A DNA stretch of 64,000 nt from Candidatus Poseidoniales archaeon (GTDB taxonomy: Archaea; Thermoplasmatota; Poseidoniia; Poseidoniales; Thalassarchaeaceae), in NCBI GenBank assembly GCA_012959435.1, contig DUDF01000116.1:5366-69365 (forward strand), given 5' to 3'. Shown here piece by piece: positions 19,038 to 27,241 of this stretch; position 1 is the stretch's first letter, and every line of letters begins with the position of its first letter. Under the pieces are notes generated by a model. The model saw only the letters and a program-made list of their open reading frames with translations, was not told the DNA's origin and did not search any database. The position numbers and the translations under genes are program-made.

Positions 19038-21302
19038 TTGAATGATTCTAAATGCCGAGGGGCGCGCCAAGTAGATGTGAGCCGCCTAATCATCACCTGC
19101 ACACTTGCGATTGTGATGCTACTAACTAGCATCCCAACACCATCAGAACTTCCCTCAAATGTGATGCAAGATTTCGCTTCAAACGTTGAACTAGAAGAAG
19201 GCGAAACAGTTTGGAGTGAGACAATATATACTCGTGAAAGTCCTTTTTGGATTTCAGTTGATTGTCCATCGGAAAGCAGTTGTGAAGAGTTGAATCTAAC
19301 GGTAACAGACTCTTTTGGGTCTGAATTCAGCACAACCGGCCGCTTCCATCTAGAACTAAGCGGAAACCTAAGTGCCGGCCTAACGACTATTCAAATTACA
19401 CGCGAAGGAGTGACTAGCCAAACATTACTTGTTTCTCAGATATTCTTTGACCTTGCGAGTGGTGAATTTGGTGATACACCCTCACAAATACCCAACCCTA
19501 GTGAAGATACTACTGGATGGCGTCTTATTGACATGGCTGGCTGTGACTCACTCAATGATTGTGGAGATATTGACCGTGACGCAATAGATGATTCAGCAGT
19601 TTGGTGGAATGGGACTCTTGATTCCGCTGAAGATTCCGATACATTTCAGCTCAATGCAAGTGATGGCGATGTTATTGAAATTGAATTCTCAGCCTTTTCA
19701 AATGATGTTTATGTTGAAATTTGGAGCCGTAGTACTGACGACCTACAACTGATTTCTCAACAACAATTCATGGCTGGGTCAACCAATCCTTCTCAAAGAT
19801 TACTTGTTGAAGTGTCAAATGATGAAATTTGGGTTTCCGCATACTCCGCTAGCAGTCAGGCAGGACTGTATTCACTACGGTTCGCAAGCCATTCAGCAGA
19901 ACTTGAAACACCCTTTGGGGAAACCGCATCTGAGCCTTGGATTGCCCCTACTTACGCAGGTGGCACAATATCAGGTCACCTCACAACCAATGATGATGGA
20001 GATACAATCAGATTAGAAGCTGGCTCACGTAGTAAATTCATTGTTGGGTGGACATTATCCAGTGCTGCTGATATTCACATCCAAGCAAGAAGCGGTACAT
20101 GGAATATATTCCATAATGAATCAAATCTCAGTGGGAGTACCCAATTCACCGTCCCAACTAGTGCAGATGCCGCAGCAATCACATTTACCAATGCTAGTGA
20201 ACCACTAATTTGGACCCTGACGCTCACACCTCTTGGACCATATGATGGTGCTACCCCAGGTGATGCCTCAGATAGTCACCCAACTGGTGAAGCAGACACA
20301 TTAGACTGGGCAGTTATGCAATCTGAATTGGGCTATACCAGCGGCACTATTGGTGGAGCAGATACTCGGGATGTATATCTCATTGAGAGAGAAATAGGAC
20401 ACCCATATCGGAGTCTATTGACTGCCACTATTGAATCAGACCCTGGTACTTGTGTGCTCAAACTTGTGCAACTCAATACTACCGCGTACAATGCATGGAC
20501 CACTGTTTCATGGAATCTTACCGAAATGCAAGGGCAGCAAGCGACTACAACTCTTGACTTACCACACGGGCGTCACATCTTGGTAGTAGAATCAAACATC
20601 ACTTCCGAAGTAGAGTACACAATTAATTGGGCATGGCTAACTCCAGAGGGTGCAGAACCAGTTGAGGGGGATTGGATTGATTATTCTGATGACGTTGGTT
20701 CTTTTTACATTGTAATTGGGTTAGTCTTGTTATCACCTATGATGGTGGTTATTTACTGGCGGTTTAGATCTGGAGGTGTATTGGAAATCGAAGCGCATGA
20801 AAAACGTAGGTTGATACGCCTGCGCGAGCGATTGATTGCCGCAGACCCAAATAATCTAAAGGACCCTAATGCATTACTTCACGCACTGGAATCCCTTGCA
20901 GATACAGACTGGGATGCATTAGTCATGGAATGGGGAGAACCTCTCACACGTCATACCACAGAATCGCTTGATTTGATTGTGTGGGGGTTGACTGCTAACG
21001 ATGGGGGGCGTTCGGTCACTGTAGGCCTTAGACTACTATCAGAAGAGTGGACATTAGCTGCTATCAGATTCCAGGCTGTTGAAGGCGTTGAATGGAATGT
21101 GACATCAGTCACTCCTGAATCATTGTTTGATGGTGACGAGGTTTTCCTCGGTGATTTGAATGCTAAAACAAACCGTTTCCTACGAATTGATATGGAGGGA
21201 GATGCTGATGGATTTGATTTGATTCTATCGGGATTAGTTGGTGGTAAACCAGTTGCAGCAGTGCCAACAAAAGCAGTACTCACAGCCACTGAAGAAGAAT
21301 AA
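19038..21302 (+). CDS. Membrane-anchored surface protein with PPC-like (pre-peptidase C-terminal type) modules and a cytoplasmic domain
   Basis: Hydrophobic leader LIITCTLAIVMLLTSIP. PPC-like signatures DSDTFQLNASDGDVIEIEFSAFSNDVYVEIW and GADTRDVYLIERE. TM FYIVIGLVLLSPMMVVIYW is followed by ~190 aa. The start is uncertain: TTG at 19038 or GTG at 19077. Confidence 0.6.
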   Translation: MNDSKCRGARQVDVSRLIITCTLAIVMLLTSIPTPSELPSNVMQDFASNVELEEGETVWSETIYTRESPFWISVDCPSESSCEELNLTVTDSFGSEFSTTGRFHLELSGNLSAGLTTIQITREGVTSQTLLVSQIFFDLASGEFGDTPSQIPNPSEDTTGWRLIDMAGCDSLNDCGDIDRDAIDDSAVWWNGTLDSAEDSDTFQLNASDGDVIEIEFSAFSNDVYVEIWSRSTDDLQLISQQQFMAGSTNPSQRLLVEVSNDEIWVSAYSASSQAGLYSLRFASHSAELETPFGETASEPWIAPTYAGGTISGHLTTNDDGDTIRLEAGSRSKFIVGWTLSSAADIHIQARSGTWNIFHNESNLSGSTQFTVPTSADAAAITFTNASEPLIWTLTLTPLGPYDGATPGDASDSHPTGEADTLDWAVMQSELGYTSGTIGGADTRDVYLIEREIGHPYRSLLTATIESDPGTCVLKLVQLNTTAYNAWTTVSWNLTEMQGQQATTTLDLPHGRHILVVESNITSEVEYTINWAWLTPEGAEPVEGDWIDYSDDVGSFYIVIGLVLLSPMMVVIYWRFRSGGVLEIEAHEKRRLIRLRERLIAADPNNLKDPNALLHALESLADTDWDALVMEWGEPLTRHTTESLDLIVWGLTANDGGRSVTVGLRLLSEEWTLAAIRFQAVEGVEWNVTSVTPESLFDGDEVFLGDLNAKTNRFLRIDMEGDADGFDLILSGLVGGKPVAAVPTKAVLTATEEE

Positions 21303-21326
21303 ACTCGATTATCATTGAAGAAATCA

Positions 21327-22475
21327 TCATCTGGTACGACGTCTTGATTTGGCTTCTTCACGGACTAAATCCTCTACTGAGTCTAAATCAATACCAATTT
21401 CTTCGCGTAATGCTTCAATCTGTTTCTTTACATTCTTTGATAATTTTGTTGGCACATACAATTTCAACAACACAGTAATATTACCTCGGCCACGACCACG
21501 AGGCCGAGGAAATCCTCGACCCTTCACTTCTAAGGTATCACCTGGGATTGACCCCGCAGGAATATCAATTGAGATTTCTTTGCCATCAATGTGTGGTAGT
21601 GATACTGATGCTCCAAGAAGTAATTCAGGATAGCCTAATGGAAGAGCCATTAGAAGGTCAGAGCCATCCCTCTCGTACCAGTCATGATCATCAATATGGA
21701 CTTGGATGTATAAGTCACCAGGACTGCCACCTCCGCCACGTATTGGCTCACCTCGCCCACCCATTCTCATACGAGTACCATCAGAAATACCAGCAGGAAT
21801 AGAGAAGCGTATTGTCTGTTTTTTCTTCTCTCTACCTTCGCCACGACATGCACTACATGGGTCCGTGATTTTTCTCCCTGTACCACTACATTCTGGACAT
21901 TCGGTCACCATTTGTTGAATAAATGGGCCAATCTTACGATTTTGTGTTACTTGGCCTTGGCCAGAACAGGTACCACAAGTCTTGACCCCATCTGGACTGG
22001 CTGCTGCTCGGCCTTCGCAAGCCTCACAGATAATGAGGAGTTTGACCTCTAATTCTGTATCTCCCCCTAACATCGCAGTCTCCATGTCAATAGAGTGTCT
22101 GATGAGAACATCATTGCCACGTGAAGAGCGGCGACCAGTTGTTGCATCGCCACCAAAAAATTGGGAAAAGACTGAATCAAAACCACCACTAAACAAATCA
22201 TCCATTGAAATATTTACGCCTTGGAAACCACCACTTCCAAATGGATTACCACCGGGCGACTCATGGCCGTATGCGTCATAACTTCGGCGCTGTTGAGGGT
22301 TTGATAAGACTGCGTAAGCCTCTTGAATTTCCTTGAAACGATTTTCTGCATCAGGGTCATCTGGATTCTTGTCGGGATGGTTTTTTCGAGCTAATACGCG
22401 AAACGCTTTCTTCAACTCAGAATCGCTAGAATCACGGCTAACTTCCAAGACTTCGTAGTAGTCTCTCTTAGCCAT
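21327..22475 (-). CDS. dnaJ: Chaperone DnaJ (type I Hsp40)
   Basis: J domain DYYEVLEVSRDSSDSELKKAFRVLARKNHPDKN, a G/F-rich linker, and a four-CxxCxGxG zinc-finger region (CEACEGRA, CGTCSGQG, CPECSGTG, CSACRGEG). Confidence 0.92.
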   Translation of the reverse strand: MAKRDYYEVLEVSRDSSDSELKKAFRVLARKNHPDKNPDDPDAENRFKEIQEAYAVLSNPQQRRSYDAYGHESPGGNPFGSGGFQGVNISMDDLFSGGFDSVFSQFFGGDATTGRRSSRGNDVLIRHSIDMETAMLGGDTELEVKLLIICEACEGRAAASPDGVKTCGTCSGQGQVTQNRKIGPFIQQMVTECPECSGTGRKITDPCSACRGEGREKKKQTIRFSIPAGISDGTRMRMGGRGEPIRGGGGSPGDLYIQVHIDDHDWYERDGSDLLMALPLGYPELLLGASVSLPHIDGKEISIDIPAGSIPGDTLEVKGRGFPRPRGRGRGNITVLLKLYVPTKLSKNVKKQIEALREEIGIDLDSVEDLVREEAKSRRRTR

Positions 22476-22547
22476 GACCCCATCACCGAATGGTCGCTGA
22501 CTGCCCGCCTGTTTTGAATCTGACCATCATACTGAATGATTACAGTA

Positions 22548-23411
22548 TTAGGTTAAGGAAGAGCCACAACTACCACAGGAACCTCTACCTACAGGATTCC
22601 TTGAACCACAGTCCAAACAAATCTTGGTCTCTTTACCGACTGATTTACCGCCACCAATTGATTCCCCAAGGTCATCAAACAACTTGTCCTCTCGGGAAAC
22701 TCCGGCTGTACCCATCTGACCGCCACCAGCATCTGGCTTTGGTTTGGGTTTGGGTTTTGGTTTAGGTTGTGGCTTTGGTTGTGGTTTAGGTTGTGGCTTA
22801 GGCTTCTTCTGCTTCTCTAACCGTTCATCTTCAGCATTCAACTGAGCCATCATGTCATCAACATTAGTCTGACCGGACCCTGCCGCTTTCATCATCTCAA
22901 CAGCAGCCCCCGACATTTGTGCCATCGGGTCATTATCTCCAGACATGCGTGCTGATGAACGTTTGACATGTTCCTCATCGTGGAACATTTTTACCTCTTC
23001 TTTGGGTTTTTCATCGCCTATTTCACCAGTACGTTTCTCGCGTAGAATTTCCTTGACTTTCCGTCCTTGAATGAGGTCTTTATCACTTGCTTGATAACCA
23101 TCTGCGTCTCTCTCAAGGCCAGCCATAGCAGCATCAGCCTTGCCCCATAACCCTTGGTCTTCGGCCTTGTAGGCCTTGCTTAATTTCTTGATATTCTTAA
23201 CTCTGTGAAACTCGTGGTCTCTTTCACTTCGGGAACGTTTGAAAAATACAAAACCAAGTAGAAATGCAAAACCATAGTATGCACCAATTTGCCAATTTTC
23301 AACTAGAAGCAAGTCAACCGCAGGAATAATTCTACCAATTAATCCTGCAATGATTAAAGGAACCAATAGAACAGCCCAAGAATTTAGGTTGTTCTTGTCA
23401 TCATCAGCCAT
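22548..23411 (-). CDS. Membrane protein with charged cytoplasmic region, KP/QP repeat and C-terminal zinc ribbon
   Basis: ATG at 23411 (MADDDKNNL); the track start at 23432 is TTG. Two N-terminal TMs, a long charged region, (KP/QP)12, then CLDCGSRNPVGRGSCGSCGSSL. Confidence 0.6.
   Translation of the reverse strand: MADDDKNNLNSWAVLLVPLIIAGLIGRIIPAVDLLLVENWQIGAYYGFAFLLGFVFFKRSRSERDHEFHRVKNIKKLSKAYKAEDQGLWGKADAAMAGLERDADGYQASDKDLIQGRKVKEILREKRTGEIGDEKPKEEVKMFHDEEHVKRSSARMSGDNDPMAQMSGAAVEMMKAAGSGQTNVDDMMAQLNAEDERLEKQKKPKPQPKPQPKPQPKPKPKPKPKPDAGGGQMGTAGVSREDKLFDDLGESIGGGKSVGKETKICLDCGSRNPVGRGSCGSCGSSLT
22734..22805 (-). repeat. In-frame 6/12-nt tandem repeat encoding (K/Q)P x12
   Basis: The plus strand reads tggctttggtttgggtttgggttttggtttaggttgtggctttggttgtggtttaggttgtggcttaggctt. 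On the minus strand this translates to KPKPQPKPQPKPQPKPKPKPKPKP. Confidence 0.8.
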
Positions 23412-23482
23412 GTCAACCAAAGCGTTGGACAATGTGATATGGGTTCAATGTTACCCCCACTTGCTAAGCAGGATTTCAGGGC

Positions 23483-24541
23483 CTAACTAGTAACACGATC
23501 TTTTGCTGGGCGGCCCTTTCTCAACAATCCATCAAGTAATCCTATGCTGAAAGTTGTGTGAAGTAGAAACAGCATTATTGGTACTCCAATAATCAAACTT
23601 GGTTGTGAGCGAGTAAAGGATTCTAAAAGACCGTGGAGAAGTATGACCACAGAATAGGCAGCGACTGGAATTTGCCAAGCGGGATACCCTCCAACCACGC
23701 AACCTGACCAGCACAATGCTAGAGTAGTGAGCAATCCAATCCATGGCAAAAACTCAAGAATTGATGCTCTTTGAGGGGTCTTTCGTACATGTTTAGTACG
23801 CCAAAATCCGTAACGGTGTCCAAATCGAAGCCAGCCTACAATGGAAGTCCGTTTGGCCATTCGGCAATACGATGCGTCTGAACGCCACAGGCTCCAACCC
23901 TGGCCGTCAAGACGCATGTTTAGTTCAGAATCCTGAGTTGTAATGAAGTCAGGATTCCAGCCGCCAACCGCATCTAAAGCGGCTCGGCGGTAAAGTGTGA
24001 ATGGGGGAATTGTAGTCCGCTGACAACCAGTAAATTGAGCAAATTGCCCACGGCCACTTGCCAACGGATTCTGTAAAGTAGCCTCAACCCAGCGACCAAT
24101 CATTTTCAGAGGTTGGTCGCTCTCCTTAACAATAGTTCCAATACCAGCAATTTTGTTACCGTCCTCTCCGAGTTCTTCTTCTAAATCATCAAATTCACTC
24201 ATGCGTGATTCAATATGCTTGGGTGGTACCCAAACGTGCCCTATCATCTCAAGCACATGGGTTGCCTTGTCAGGCAATTTTCCTAGGCTGAGATTTCTAG
24301 CATCGGCAACAAATCGGTCTGGGTTTTCCAATAACAGAATTTCCGGACCACCTTCATCGGTCGACTTTTTAGCCAAATCTGTAATTATTTGGCGGGTTCC
24401 ATCATCACTACCTCCATCTACAACATGTATCAAATGCTGTTGTGGCGGCCATGTCTGAGCCATCAATGACAGAAGACAACGCTCGATATGATCCGCCTCC
24501 TGAAAGGTCGGAACTACGGTGACAACGTACGGCTCAGCCAT
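23483..24541 (-). CDS. Family 2 glycosyltransferase with C-terminal TM helices
   Basis: GT-A N-terminus VVTVVPTFQEADHIERCLLSLMAQTWP...HVVDGGSDDGTRQII. The C-terminal ~100 aa are hydrophobic. I chose ATG 24541; the track start at 24550 is GTG. Confidence 0.8.
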   Translation of the reverse strand: MAEPYVVTVVPTFQEADHIERCLLSLMAQTWPPQQHLIHVVDGGSDDGTRQIITDLAKKSTDEGGPEILLLENPDRFVADARNLSLGKLPDKATHVLEMIGHVWVPPKHIESRMSEFDDLEEELGEDGNKIAGIGTIVKESDQPLKMIGRWVEATLQNPLASGRGQFAQFTGCQRTTIPPFTLYRRAALDAVGGWNPDFITTQDSELNMRLDGQGWSLWRSDASYCRMAKRTSIVGWLRFGHRYGFWRTKHVRKTPQRASILEFLPWIGLLTTLALCWSGCVVGGYPAWQIPVAAYSVVILLHGLLESFTRSQPSLIIGVPIMLFLLHTTFSIGLLDGLLRKGRPAKDRVTS

Positions 24542-24634
24542 CTGACTCACCCCACGCTGATTGGTGACTGTCTGTCAATCTTGCCACTACTCAAGCGATA
24601 GAGTTCATCATCTAGCCACTCCTCGCAACTACCG

Positions 24635-25132
24635 ATGAGTTCGCCTTACGCAGTGGTTTGCACGACAATCCTCCCTTCCGACCATGCACCAAGTGTTGCT
24701 GATTCACTAAGCACCCTATTCCCTGAACTTGAACCACCCGAGTTCAACGAAAATGAATTCCCTATGACTGACAAGGGAGAAGAATGGAAATTTGAGGAGG
24801 TGGACCTAAGTAAATTCCTTTCACGTATTTCTGAATTGAGAATCCTTGATACCGCTCTAGATGCAATGGGCGCAAATTTGTATGATAATGAAACTGTTTT
24901 TTCGCTTTCACGCCAAGCTGCATTAGCCGGTAAAGTCGCCTTTGTTCTAAATAATGAAAAGTCGCTTGGCGGTACAATTGATGTCACCCTTAGCGGCGAC
25001 AACTTAGCCGCTTGGATAGAGGAATCAACTTGGCATGAAGGCAGAACTGAGTATCCCCGCTCCCTCAGTGATGATTGGTCAATGCACAAAGATGGTGAAG
25101 TCAGTGAATGGGTTGACAAAAAATCAGACTGA
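24635..25132 (+). CDS. Hypothetical protein, possibly UPF0201/COG1931-type predicted RNA-binding protein
   Basis: The pattern resembles that archaeal family as I remember it: an N-terminal beta strand, then LFPELE, a later FSLSRQAALAGKVAFVL block, and LGGTIDVTL. This is recollection only and was not searched. Confidence 0.45.
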   Translation: MSSPYAVVCTTILPSDHAPSVADSLSTLFPELEPPEFNENEFPMTDKGEEWKFEEVDLSKFLSRISELRILDTALDAMGANLYDNETVFSLSRQAALAGKVAFVLNNEKSLGGTIDVTLSGDNLAAWIEESTWHEGRTEYPRSLSDDWSMHKDGEVSEWVDKKSD

Positions 25133-25144
25133 TGAATAGCACAT

Positions 25145-26206
25145 TCACAGGTTTGCAATCCCTCGCTCTTGGATTCTCTTTACAAATTCAACATCTGGTG
25201 GAAGCCATTCCACATCCATCAATTCATCCTCAGAAAGCCAGCGGTTTTCATCATGGGATGTCATCACAGCCGGAGGCAATTCTCCATCCGCTTCACACAA
25301 GAAGAAGGTCAGGTGAACGACCATTTCTGGCCAAGCATGGGAATACTCTTCACACACTCTTATTGGTTTGATTGTCCAGCCAAACTCTTCGTGATACTCG
25401 CGACTAATCGCTGCCTCTTTGCTCTCACCTTTCTCGACCTTTCCGCCGGGGAATTCCCAGTAACCACCCATGTATTCATCGGATGACCTACGTGCCGCAA
25501 GTAGGCGATTATTTTCACCCCTCAACATACCGCCAACAACTTGCATCTCAGGCCTCTGTACAGTGATTGCAATAATCCGTTTCACCAAGGAAATTTGGGT
25601 TTCAAATGGTATTTTATCTGCCGATGGTAAGTGCACAAATAGAACAGGGATTGCTCGGTTCATTCGTTCTCTCACATCAGCCTGCTCAACTGCTTGGAGG
25701 GTTTTGAAATAAGTTTCATTGCAGATAAAGCGACCTGGGTCTTCACTCTTGCAAATTAATTCTTCATCAACAAACTCTGCCATCAACAAATTAATTGGGG
25801 CTGTTGTGTGTAATAGATTATGACTAGAATCTGTAATGACACCAGATGATACTTGTCGGCCTTTATTATCAGCAATACGAAAATCCAACTCATTGAATGC
25901 TGTTGCCTCCAAAGAGATGACATCTTGATTTTCAGCAAATCCTAGATGGATGATAGCTTGTGGCAACACAGTATCAGATTCAGTAATACTTGAGGCGATT
26001 GACTCGCTTCCTGCTTTGTCAACAGTTAGAATCTGTGATTTGATTTCAACTGATATTTCACGTGATTCAACTGCCATCGGCCCAAGTGGTGGGCCAATTG
26101 ATATCACATCGTTGAAATCTGCTAAATGTTCAGTAATTTGTTGTGAAATGTTGGTCTGATGCTCACCAAAAGGCTCGTAGCCTGTCAACCAAACTTCGAC
26201 CCCCAT
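25145..26206 (-). CDS. Fusion protein: pyroglutamyl peptidase I-like (C15) domain plus NUDIX hydrolase (MutT-like) domain
   Basis: N-terminal half: VWLTGYEPFGEHQTNIS, Glu in ISLEATAFN, Cys in PGRFICNETYF, His in VLFVHLP. C-terminal half has a complete Nudix box, GGKVEKGESKEAAISREYHEEFGW. I chose ATG 26206; the track start at 26209 is TTG. Confidence 0.8.
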   Translation of the reverse strand: MGVEVWLTGYEPFGEHQTNISQQITEHLADFNDVISIGPPLGPMAVESREISVEIKSQILTVDKAGSESIASSITESDTVLPQAIIHLGFAENQDVISLEATAFNELDFRIADNKGRQVSSGVITDSSHNLLHTTAPINLLMAEFVDEELICKSEDPGRFICNETYFKTLQAVEQADVRERMNRAIPVLFVHLPSADKIPFETQISLVKRIIAITVQRPEMQVVGGMLRGENNRLLAARRSSDEYMGGYWEFPGGKVEKGESKEAAISREYHEEFGWTIKPIRVCEEYSHAWPEMVVHLTFFLCEADGELPPAVMTSHDENRWLSEDELMDVEWLPPDVEFVKRIQERGIANL

Positions 26207-26256
26207 CAATAACCCCTACAACCGCTCTGATTGGGGCCGGTGGCGGGGTATCCATT

Positions 26257-26838
26257 ATGTCACCGATTGACTTGCCGCGTATTGTGGACGAGTTAGAGCG
26301 CCTATCTATTGAGCATTCGCGCGCTCAATTTGAGACTGTCGAAGGTGAAATTACTGCAAATTTTGGACTTTTGCTAGCAGATGCCATGATTTACGCCATC
26401 GGATTCATCTCTATTATTATCGGACTAGCAGATATTGCCCTATCCATCAACCCAACTGAATGGTTGTGGTCAGAAGGTGACCTCATTCTACTTTGTAGTG
26501 GCGTAGCACTGTGGGTTTGTTCACAATCTCTAAATGATTTCAAACGATTACTACCTTTGTGGCTACGAATGGTACTCAAATTAGGCATCGGCCCAAAGGA
26601 TTTCTCAGATCAATCTGAAGCGGCGCAGAAGCGCCGCGCCGCGACCCTCGTAATCGCCTCACTACTTTCAGCAATTATTGGTTGGAGAATCTCGGTCTTA
26701 CCAGATACTATCGCAACTAGAATTGGCATTGATTTCCATATAGTAATCTATGCTGTTTCAGCAGGACTCCTTTTTCTATCCATGTACTGGAACCGCCTTA
26801 TCGGCGAAGGTTCGGATATTGAGCAATTCAATAGATAG
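26257..26838 (+). CDS. Hypothetical polytopic membrane protein
   Basis: ATG 26257 (MSPIDLPRIVDELERL) is followed by four hydrophobic helices. The track start at 26143 overlaps the divergent gene and was trimmed. Confidence 0.5.
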   Translation: MSPIDLPRIVDELERLSIEHSRAQFETVEGEITANFGLLLADAMIYAIGFISIIIGLADIALSINPTEWLWSEGDLILLCSGVALWVCSQSLNDFKRLLPLWLRMVLKLGIGPKDFSDQSEAAQKRRAATLVIASLLSAIIGWRISVLPDTIATRIGIDFHIVIYAVSAGLLFLSMYWNRLIGEGSDIEQFNR

Positions 26839-26887
26839 AGGGGGAAACAACCGTTGAACTCAAAATGTACAACCCGGAGGAGTAATT

Positions 26888-27235
26888 GTGAGTGAAGGTT
26901 TTTCCGAGCGCGTGCGGCAACGTTTGCATGAGAAATTAGAAAACTCTCCAACTTGGCACACACCTTTCCAAGTGGTACTGGTAGTACTCAGTGAAATTAC
27001 TGGTGGAGTTGGCCCTTGGGGGGCATTACGCCCATTAATTGCTACCGGATTAGCGATTGTGCCTTTCTTATTCCTTGGTCAGCATTTTAATCGCCAGCAT
27101 TCTAAAGCGTTTGATTGGTTTGCACTGCAAATTCCGCTTCTATTCTGCTTACTCTGGCCACTGATATGGCTATGGTCAATCTTTGATGCATACCAAACTG
27201 CAATGCTTTCTGTTACCAAGACATATTCTGCTTGA
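26888..27235 (+). CDS. Hypothetical small membrane protein
   Basis: GTG start is preceded by GGAGGAG 5 nt upstream. Three hydrophobic helices, including a W-rich segment LLFCLLWPLIWLWSIF. Confidence 0.45.
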   Translation: MSEGFSERVRQRLHEKLENSPTWHTPFQVVLVVLSEITGGVGPWGALRPLIATGLAIVPFLFLGQHFNRQHSKAFDWFALQIPLLFCLLWPLIWLWSIFDAYQTAMLSVTKTYSA

Positions 27236-27241
27236 AAGAAA

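Noticed and set aside
24646-25158. A 170-aa minus-strand ORF fully antisense to 24635..25132
   Set aside because: Its product is Ser-rich and low in complexity (SSLRERGYSV..., GGSSSGNRVLSES). The plus-strand product has a balanced composition and resembles a known archaeal family.
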